This document shows positions 16,347-22,566 of a stretch of DNA of 37,624 bases, piece after piece. Each line of letters opens with the position of its first letter. Position 1 is the stretch's first letter. This stretch comes from Candidatus Limnocylindria bacterium (GTDB taxonomy: Bacteria > Chloroflexota > Dormibacteria > CF-121), in the NCBI GenBank assembly GCA_035636135.1, contig DASPZT010000093.1, positions 1 through 37,624 on the forward strand. The letters are read 5' to 3'. The translations under genes and the position numbers were made by a program. The notes beneath the pieces were generated by a model. That model was not told where the DNA came from and did not search any database. It saw only the letters and a program-made list of their open reading frames with translations.

Positions 16347-17876
16347 ATGACAAGCCCGTTTCTGGCCCGTTACCGGTCTTCCGCCGTCCGCAGCCTGGTT
16401 GCCACCCTGCTGGCCGGTCTCCTGGCCGCCCCCGGGTTGGCGCTCACGCCGGCCTTCGCGGCTGCCGGTGGCAGCCAGAAAGTCGACCGTCAGGTCGCGC
16501 TGCGGCTGAATTCGGGCAGGCCGATCAAGGTCATGCTGATCGCCCGTGGTGACCTGACCGACGTGGTCCAGGACCTGCACCGCCAGGGGTTCAAGGAGGT
16601 CAAGCGCGTTCCCATCGTGCATGGCGTGAGTGCCAGCATGACGGCGGCCGCGATCCAATTCTTCGCGGCCGATCCCAACGTCTTCCGCATCGTCTACGAC
16701 GCCCCGGTCCAGCTGATGGACACGGCGGTCAGTGCGACCGCCCTGGCGACCGCGTATCCATGGGTGGACGACGCGGTTGGCCTCTGGAGCAATCCGGTGG
16801 CCCCGCTCACCGGCAAGGGGATCGGGGTGGCGGTCATCGACAGCGGGATCGCGGCCCACCCCGACTTTGACAACCGGGTCACCGTCAACCTGAACTTCGC
16901 GTCAACCGCGACCAGCGGCGCAGATCAGTTCGGCCACGGTACCGCGGTCGCCGGCATCATCGGCGGCAACGGCAGTGCCAGCAGTGGCCAGTACATCGGG
17001 ATTGCCCCCGAAGTGACGCTCGTCAATCTGCGCGTCAATGACGGCACTGGGGCCGCCGGCACCTCCGACATCATGAACGCCATCCTGTGGGCGGTCGTCA
17101 ACAAAGACACGTACAACATCCGCATCATCAACCTCTCCCTGGTCTCCTCCATCGCGGAGAGCTACACCACCAGCCCCCTGGACGCCGCCGTCGAGTACGC
17201 CTGGCTGAAAGGCATCGCGGTGGTGGCTGCCGCGGGCAACCTGGGCCCCAACAGCGCCCTCTATGCGCCGGCCAACGACCCCTACGTCATCGCCGTCGGC
17301 GCGACGGATGATGCCGGGACCGTGACGCCGGCCGACGATCGCCTGGCGTCGTTCTCCAGCTTCGGGATCACCCAGGACGGGTTCGCCAAGCCCGACCTGG
17401 TTGCGCCGGGCCGGCACATCATCTCCACGGTCGCTGCTGGAAGCACCATCGCCACCACCTACCCGCAATACCTGGTGGGCACGCAGTACATGCAGCTGAG
17501 CGGAACCTCGATGGCAGCGCCGCAGGTCTCTGGCATCGCGGCCCTCTATCTCGAGGCCCACCCGGGCATCCGGCCCGGCCAGCTCAAGGGCGTCCTCACG
17601 ACCACCGCCCACGGCTTTGGGCTCCTGGGCACGGTCCCGGCCGGCGCCGGAGCCGGTTACGCCGATGCCGCCTCCGCCATCGCCTACAACGGCACGATTG
17701 GCAATGTCAACGGCGGGTTGAGTCCGAACAACTATCTGAAGGTCATGTTCATGACCGTGAACCAGCTGCCCGCCGGGACCACCGTCTCCTGGGACAGCGT
17801 CTCCTGGGACAGCGTCTCCTGGGGCAGCGTCAGCTGGGGCGACATCAACTGGGCCGCCGTCAGCTGGGGGTCGTAA
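16347..17876 (+). CDS. Secreted subtilisin-like serine protease (peptidase S8) with propeptide and a C-terminal Trp-repeat tail
   Basis: Catalytic triad contexts GVAVIDSGI, HGTAVAGIIGG and SGTSMAAPQVSG. Signal peptide LLAAPGLALTPAFAAAG. ATG 16347 is preferred over TTG 16332. Confidence 0.9.
   Translation: MTSPFLARYRSSAVRSLVATLLAGLLAAPGLALTPAFAAAGGSQKVDRQVALRLNSGRPIKVMLIARGDLTDVVQDLHRQGFKEVKRVPIVHGVSASMTAAAIQFFAADPNVFRIVYDAPVQLMDTAVSATALATAYPWVDDAVGLWSNPVAPLTGKGIGVAVIDSGIAAHPDFDNRVTVNLNFASTATSGADQFGHGTAVAGIIGGNGSASSGQYIGIAPEVTLVNLRVNDGTGAAGTSDIMNAILWAVVNKDTYNIRIINLSLVSSIAESYTTSPLDAAVEYAWLKGIAVVAAAGNLGPNSALYAPANDPYVIAVGATDDAGTVTPADDRLASFSSFGITQDGFAKPDLVAPGRHIISTVAAGSTIATTYPQYLVGTQYMQLSGTSMAAPQVSGIAALYLEAHPGIRPGQLKGVLTTTAHGFGLLGTVPAGAGAGYADAASAIAYNGTIGNVNGGLSPNNYLKVMFMTVNQLPAGTTVSWDSVSWDSVSWGSVSWGDINWAAVSWGS
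17784..17873 (+). repeat. Six tandem 15-nt units encoding (S/A)VSW(D/G) pentapeptides at the protease C-terminus
   Basis: gtctcctgggacagc occurs twice exactly, then four times in degenerate form. The protein reads VSWDS VSWDS VSWGS VSWGD INWAA VSWGS, followed by the stop. Confidence 0.85.
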
Positions 17877-17878
17877 CC

Positions 17879-18598
17879 ATGCGCAAGCGAGAGCTTTCGC
17901 CCCTCGCGCAGCTCTATGTGGTCAGCGTCGCGGGGCTGGCGGTGCTCGCCGCCCTCGTCCTCTGGCGCGCGGGCCACCAGGCCGGTTCGCCCATTGCGCT
18001 CCTGCTGGTCGTGGCCGCCGGCGCCATCAGTCACGCGTTCCCGCTGGAGGGTCGCAACCATGAGGCCTACCACGCCACCCTTCCGTTCGTCATCGTGGCG
18101 GCGGCTCTGTTCACCACGCCAGAGCTGGCGGTCTTCATCATCCTGATCCACCTGGCAGAGCAGCTGCGCGCCCACCGGCGCTGGTACATCCAGGTCTTCA
18201 ACACCACCGGATACTTCCTGGCCGCCGCGCTGGCGGGCGTGATGTATCGGGTCGCCATCCATCAGCTGGGCACCCCGGTGATCGGGCAGATGGAGGCCGC
18301 GCTGACGGCGGGCTGCACCTTCGTGATCCTGAACCGGGTGCTGGTCGCCGGGGTGTTGTGGCTGGCGCGTGGACTGTCGCCGGCGCGCTCCGGCCTGTTC
18401 CGGCCCGAGCTGCTGGCGGTGGACCTGATCATCATCTGGGTGTCGGCGCCCATCCTGGCGCTGATCGCGGTGGCCGGGCCGGTAGCCGTCCTCGTGACGG
18501 CGGGGCCGCTCTTCCTGGTCCGCCCGGCGCTGGCGTTCTTGCTCGAGACCGGTGGTGCGCCCCGGCGGCGCGCTGCGGTGGCTCGGGTCAGGCGGTAG
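17879..18598 (+). CDS. Polytopic membrane protein, paralogous to the sensor domain of the downstream GGDEF protein
   Basis: 239 aa with about 7 TM helices. HLAEQLRAHRRWYIQVFNTTGY aligns with HLVELLHARYRWYIQAFNIANF of the next gene. N-termini are also alike (RELSPLAQLYVVSV vs RELPPAARLYLVSV). Confidence 0.7.
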   Translation: MRKRELSPLAQLYVVSVAGLAVLAALVLWRAGHQAGSPIALLLVVAAGAISHAFPLEGRNHEAYHATLPFVIVAAALFTTPELAVFIILIHLAEQLRAHRRWYIQVFNTTGYFLAAALAGVMYRVAIHQLGTPVIGQMEAALTAGCTFVILNRVLVAGVLWLARGLSPARSGLFRPELLAVDLIIIWVSAPILALIAVAGPVAVLVTAGPLFLVRPALAFLLETGGAPRRRAAVARVRR

Positions 18599-18599
18599 G

Positions 18600-19838
18600 G
18601 TGCGCGAGCTGCCGCCGGCGGCCCGGCTCTACCTCGTGAGCGTCTTTTCGGTGGCGGCGCTGCTGATGGTCGTGAGTGTGGTCCTGGCCCGACCTGTGCT
18701 GCCCGATCTGGCCGCGGCCGGGCTCATCCTGGCGCTGGCTACCGGCGTCCAGCAGTTCCAGGTCCGCAGCCCCAAGCACCAGACCTATTTCCTGACCACC
18801 ATCTTCTTTGTGGCGGGCGCGATCCTCCTCAGCCCGGTCGAGCTGGTGGCGGCGGTCGTGCTGTCCCACCTGGTCGAACTGCTGCACGCCCGCTATCGCT
18901 GGTACATCCAGGCCTTCAACATTGCCAACTTCACCATCGCGGGCCTGGTGGCCCGCGTCATTTTTACCGTCGGCCAGCCTGCCACCGCCGCGCCCGGCGC
19001 GGGCCTCGTTCTCCGGGCGGCCGCGGCCGGACTGGTGTTCGTGCTGCTCAATCATCTGCTGACCGCGCTGGTCATCCTGTGGGCCCGCCGGATCCCGATC
19101 AAGCAGGCGGGCACCTTGAGCCGCGAGAATCTGGGCACCGACCTGGCCCTGGCGGCGCTGGGGACGCTGGCGGCCCTGGTGTGGCGGACGGACCCCTGGC
19201 TGGTGCCGCTCTGCCTGGCTCCGCTGTTCCTGATCTACCAGTCATTGCGAATCCCTGGCTTGCAGGAAGAGGCGCGCACCGACCCCAAGACCGGCCTGGC
19301 CAACATGAAGCATTTCAATGAGGCCTGCGCCATGGAGATCGATCGGGCGAGCCGCTTTCGCCGTCCGCTGAGCGTCCTGATGGCCGACCTCGACCACCTG
19401 CGGGAGATCAACAACGGCCGCGGCCATTTGGCTGGGGATCAGGTGATCCGGCGGGTCGCCGAGGCCATTCGACGGGCCGTGCGCGAGTACGACCTGGCCG
19501 CCCGGTTCGGCGGTGACGAGTTCGCGGTGTTGATGCCAGAAAGTACATTGCCGGACGCGGTGGTCGTCGCCGAGCGCATCCGGCGCGAAGTCGAGAGCCT
19601 GTCTGACACCGCCGCGGGACAGTCGCTGCCGATCACGGTGAGTGTCGGGGTAGCGCACTTCCCGCGCGACGGGAAGACCGCCACCGACCTCCTGCAGGCG
19701 GCCGATCGCGCGGTCTACCAGGCCAAGGCCTTCGGCCGCAACCGGGTTTTCGTGTTCGAGGACCGGCTGGACGCGGCGCCCGAACTGGTCCTGGTGCCGA
19801 TGGGCGTGAACGAAGAGCTCAGCCCGATCCGAAACTAG
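18600..19838 (+). CDS. Diguanylate cyclase (GGDEF) with N-terminal polytopic membrane sensor domain
   Basis: RFGGDEFAVLM active site with an REYD I-site-like RxxD five residues upstream. GTG at 18600 lies one nt after the previous stop and was chosen by alignment with the paralogue. Confidence 0.85.
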   Translation: MRELPPAARLYLVSVFSVAALLMVVSVVLARPVLPDLAAAGLILALATGVQQFQVRSPKHQTYFLTTIFFVAGAILLSPVELVAAVVLSHLVELLHARYRWYIQAFNIANFTIAGLVARVIFTVGQPATAAPGAGLVLRAAAAGLVFVLLNHLLTALVILWARRIPIKQAGTLSRENLGTDLALAALGTLAALVWRTDPWLVPLCLAPLFLIYQSLRIPGLQEEARTDPKTGLANMKHFNEACAMEIDRASRFRRPLSVLMADLDHLREINNGRGHLAGDQVIRRVAEAIRRAVREYDLAARFGGDEFAVLMPESTLPDAVVVAERIRREVESLSDTAAGQSLPITVSVGVAHFPRDGKTATDLLQAADRAVYQAKAFGRNRVFVFEDRLDAAPELVLVPMGVNEELSPIRN

Positions 19839-20110
19839 CCGCCTGGCTGCCCTTTCGCGCGCCGCCGCCGGCGCCGATCACTCCGGACCCGCAAGAAGGT
19901 GTAGGTCTTCTCGGTGGCATACCCGCGCTGGATGGCGTCCTGGATGCGCGGCCAGAATTCGTCCTGCACCCAGTTGCGGGCGACCAGTACTTCCGCACCG
20001 GTCAGGCGAAGGTTGCCCTGGTCCATGTCTGAGGTGGTATCGCTGCGCTGCAGCGCGCGGACCGCGTCGAGCGTCAGGTTCGGAACAAGCCATAGTTGCG
20101 GGATGACCAC
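19835..20110 (-). CDS. Small protein of unknown family (paralogue of 30772..31017)
   Basis: GTG at 20110 is preceded by ccGGAGGtcgag. It shares A-x3-V-[RK]-ALQ ... G-x-[ED]-[VI]-[LV]-VAR-x-WV-x-D-x2-W with the 81-aa ORF at 30772..31017. Arg-rich tail. Confidence 0.5.
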   Translation of the reverse strand: MVIPQLWLVPNLTLDAVRALQRSDTTSDMDQGNLRLTGAEVLVARNWVQDEFWPRIQDAIQRGYATEKTYTFLRVRSDRRRRRRAKGQPGG

Positions 20111-20206
20111 CTCGACCTCCGGACGTGGGTCGGGCACGCGCCAACTATATCGGGCTCGGCCCGACCGGTGGATACCGGCTAACACGGTGCCTTATCCTGT
20201 AGGACC

Positions 20207-20638
20207 ATGGGTGTGCTGCGCGGACTGCACGTGATGGGCGCGATTTTCATGCTGGGTGGGATTAGCGGCCAGTTGCTGGCCCGGCTGCAAGCGGGTGGAG
20301 TGGCAGGAGGATCCGAGCCGTTGCTCGCGCTGGCCCGGCGAATCCAGCTGGCCATGGTCTCGGCGGGGTCGGCTCTGGTGCTGGTGACCGGGATCGCGCT
20401 CTGGGTCACGGACCGGATCAAGTTCCTGACCGGCTGGCTCTTACTGGGCGTGTTGCTCTATCTGGCGGCCGCGGCCCTGGACGGAGCCTTCCTCGCTCCC
20501 AACCTGCGCCGGCTACACGCCGCGGCCCGCAGCGGCACCTCGCCGGCGGCGGCGGATGCCAGCGGGACCGTGGTTGAGGTCACCGCCTGGGCGCTCCTGG
20601 TCGCAGTCGTCTTCCTGATGACCGCTCGACCCTTCTAG
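20207..20638 (+). CDS. Integral membrane protein (4 TM; DUF2269-like by eye)
   Basis: 143 aa, GC3-rich, with four hydrophobic helices. The family assignment is only tentative. Confidence 0.6.
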   Translation: MGVLRGLHVMGAIFMLGGISGQLLARLQAGGVAGGSEPLLALARRIQLAMVSAGSALVLVTGIALWVTDRIKFLTGWLLLGVLLYLAAAALDGAFLAPNLRRLHAAARSGTSPAAADASGTVVEVTAWALLVAVVFLMTARPF

Positions 20639-20646
20639 TTTTTGGG

Positions 20647-21375
20647 CTAAACCAGCCGGGCGCGCAGGATCCAGGCGTGGTTCAGAGTTTTCATCTCCTG
20701 CACCCGGGCGACGGGGTCGATCATGGCGGCCACCTCCTCGGGCTTGTGCAGGACCTTGAGGACCCGGAACGGTTGGGCGTTCACCACCCGCCGGACCACG
20801 AGGACCCCGGGATCGCCGGGTTCCCGCAGGCTGTCCATCAGAAGCAGTTCGCCACCGGGTCGCACCACCCGCGCGATCTCCTTGAAGGTCGCGTCGCGGG
20901 TGGCGCCGTCCAGGTGGCTCAAGACGAAGGCCATCAGGCACCGATCCATCTTGTGGTCGCCCAGCGGAATCGCCTCGGACCGGCCGAGCATCAAGCGGGC
21001 CGTCTTGCCGGCACTGGTCAGGCGCCGCCTGGTCACCGAGCGCATGGTCTCCGACGGTTCCACCACGGTGACCCGGGCGCCGGCGTTCAGACAGCGGATG
21101 GTCCAGTGTCCGCTGCCGGCGCCGACCTCGAGCAGGTCGCCCCGGGCGAAGGCGTCGACCGCGTCCGCCATCTCTTGGAGGTCACTGGCATAGCGTTTGT
21201 CGGCCTCCCGGCTGCCGTACCATTCGTGCTCGAACTGGTCGGCAATCGCCACGTAGTAGGCGTCTTGCTCGGCTCCCAGGCCTTCGCGCAAGGCGACCTG
21301 CTCCAACCGGTCGTAGGTGGCGACGATCTCGTCGTTCTTTTCGGGCGGGACGATTTTCTCTTTCATTGGTGGCAT
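20647..21375 (-). CDS. Class I SAM-dependent methyltransferase
   Basis: Motif I LLEVGAGSGHWT, followed by VTVVEPS and ELLLMD motifs. Confidence 0.85.
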   Translation of the reverse strand: MPPMKEKIVPPEKNDEIVATYDRLEQVALREGLGAEQDAYYVAIADQFEHEWYGSREADKRYASDLQEMADAVDAFARGDLLEVGAGSGHWTIRCLNAGARVTVVEPSETMRSVTRRRLTSAGKTARLMLGRSEAIPLGDHKMDRCLMAFVLSHLDGATRDATFKEIARVVRPGGELLLMDSLREPGDPGVLVVRRVVNAQPFRVLKVLHKPEEVAAMIDPVARVQEMKTLNHAWILRARLV

Positions 21376-21457
21376 TGGGCCATCGCCGGGGATCGCCTGA
21401 GTGGCGCTGGGGCGGCCGGCGGGCGCCCAACATGATACCCAAACGCGTTCCGGGGTC

Positions 21458-21491
21458 GTGACAGGCAGCTGTCAAAGACCCCTTCTAGGCT
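21458..21491 (+). promoter_or_regulatory. Palindromic operator GTGACAGGCAGCTGTCA plus a TGTCAAAG-N8-TAGGCT promoter-like arrangement (leaderless geometry)
   Basis: The palindrome at 21458-21474 is repeated at 31075-31091. TGTCAAAG (21470-77), 8 nt, then TAGGCT (21486-91) ends 6 nt before the ATG at 21498. Confidence 0.45.
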
Positions 21492-21497
21492 GCCGGT

Positions 21498-21800
21498 ATG
21501 GACAACGTCATTCCCTGGTCTCAGATCCATCCCAGCATCAAGTCGCGCTCGGCCTTCGTGGGGGTCGTGGTGATCGACCCCGAGCGTCAGCTCTGCCTCA
21601 GCGAGCTCGTCGACCTCGAGCCGGAAAGTCTGCGTGGGCCGGACGCGGCGGCCGGGGATCTGGTGGCCGCGGTGCAGCAGGCGGCGGCCCGGGTTGCCCA
21701 GGCCTATCGCGCCGCCCGCCGCGGCCAAGCTCCCGACGATTCCAACCCATCCCGACGGACGGCCGGCCTCCGCGTGCTCCCAGGCGGGGCCACCTCCTAA
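21498..21800 (+). CDS. Hypothetical protein (100 aa)
   Basis: ATG ORF with strongly G/C-biased third positions and no recognisable motif. It lies directly downstream of the palindrome/-10 arrangement. Confidence 0.55.
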   Translation: MDNVIPWSQIHPSIKSRSAFVGVVVIDPERQLCLSELVDLEPESLRGPDAAAGDLVAAVQQAAARVAQAYRAARRGQAPDDSNPSRRTAGLRVLPGGATS

Positions 21801-21838
21801 ACCGGACCCCCTGTTAAGCGCTGGCGGGCCGCTTATCC

Positions 21839-21870
21839 TTGACATTATCAACAGATTGTGGCAGAATACG
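21839..21870 (+). promoter_or_regulatory. Conserved ~30-nt block (GACATTAT-N7-TTGTGGC-AGAATACG), copy 1, overlapping TTGACA-17-CAGAAT
   Basis: gacattatcaacagattgtggc--agaatacg (21841-21870) compares with gacattatagaaggttgtggctgggaatacg (26941-26971). TTGACA at 21839-44 lies 17 nt from CAGAAT at 21862-67. Confidence 0.45.
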
Positions 21871-22070
21871 ACCAGCGCGACATCGAGAAGGCGGCGAGAG
21901 AACAGGGATTCCGCATTGGGCGAACCAAGAAGGGTCATCCGGTTTTCTATCCCCCGGATCCCAGAATGGGGCCAGTCTTCGGATCTGGCACGCCCTCGGA
22001 CGTGCGCTCGGTGAGGAATCTCCTCGCCAAGCTTCGCCAGGCAGGACTGGTGTGGCCACCAGGGAGGTGA
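21858..22070 (+). CDS. HicA-like (YcfA family) small protein, putative mRNA-interferase toxin
   Basis: 70 aa. ...EQGFRIGRTKKGHPVFYPP...GTPSDVRSVRNLLAKLRQAGLVW follows the HicA layout (G[FW]-x-x-x-R-x-x-GSH ... L-x-x-I-L-K-Q-A-G-L). GTG start. Noticeably more A/T-ending codons than neighbours. Confidence 0.5.
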   Translation: MAEYDQRDIEKAAREQGFRIGRTKKGHPVFYPPDPRMGPVFGSGTPSDVRSVRNLLAKLRQAGLVWPPGR

Positions 22071-22075
22071 CAGGG

Positions 22076-22558
22076 ATGACGGAGTGGAGCGTCGATATCG
22101 AGGCCGTGTCGAAAGAACGCCTTGACGAGGATTTTGCCGACGCCGTTCTTGAGGAACTCGCTCCGCATGCCCCCGCCCTGAGCATCAGCGCCAATCGGCT
22201 CGAGGCACGCTTCAGCGTTGACGCACCCTCCGCATCCCAGGCGTTTGCTCAGGCGCTCAAGCTTTTCAAGAACGCCGTGCCGGGAGCAGAGGTTGTTCGC
22301 GCACAGATCGAGACCGCCGAAGAACTCGACCGGGCGCTCGCCGCGTCCAACGTGCCCGATCTCATCGGGGTCGCCGAGTTAGCCGATCTTTTGACTGTCT
22401 CGCGCCAGCGCGCTTCGGAACTGGCGCGCATCCGCGGGTTCCCTAAGCCCTGGGTCGTCCTCAAAGCCGGTCCCGTGTGGAAACGATCCAGCGTCGCGAG
22501 ATTTGTCAGTGATTGGGCGCGCCAGCCCGGCCGGCCTCGGCGTTCCGTCGCCGTTTAA
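22076..22558 (+). CDS. HicB-like / excisionase-type HTH DNA-binding protein (putative antitoxin)
   Basis: ATG at 22076 follows aGGGAGG (22061-67), 5 nt after the HicA-like stop. C-terminal LIGVAELADLLTVSRQRASELARIRGFPKPWVVLKAGPVWKRSSVARFV is an HTH_17/Xis-like motif. The N-terminal ~85 aa form a small alpha/beta domain. Confidence 0.6.
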   Translation: MTEWSVDIEAVSKERLDEDFADAVLEELAPHAPALSISANRLEARFSVDAPSASQAFAQALKLFKNAVPGAEVVRAQIETAEELDRALAASNVPDLIGVAELADLLTVSRQRASELARIRGFPKPWVVLKAGPVWKRSSVARFVSDWARQPGRPRRSVAV

Positions 22559-22566
22559 GAAGCGGG

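Noticed and set aside
21839-21867. Treating TTGACA-17-CAGAAT as the definitive promoter of the HicA-like gene
   Set aside because: The hexamers are good, but the -10 lies downstream of the only available start codon (GTG 21858). The geometry is therefore inconsistent unless the ORF start is wrong. It is kept only as part of the conserved-block observation.
21363-21938. 191-aa minus-strand ORF spanning the 21.4-21.9 kb intergenic region and the hypothetical gene
   Set aside because: It crosses two promoter-like regions and the conserved 30-nt block. It has poor third-position GC bias compared with the plus-strand frame 21498..21800, and no motifs.
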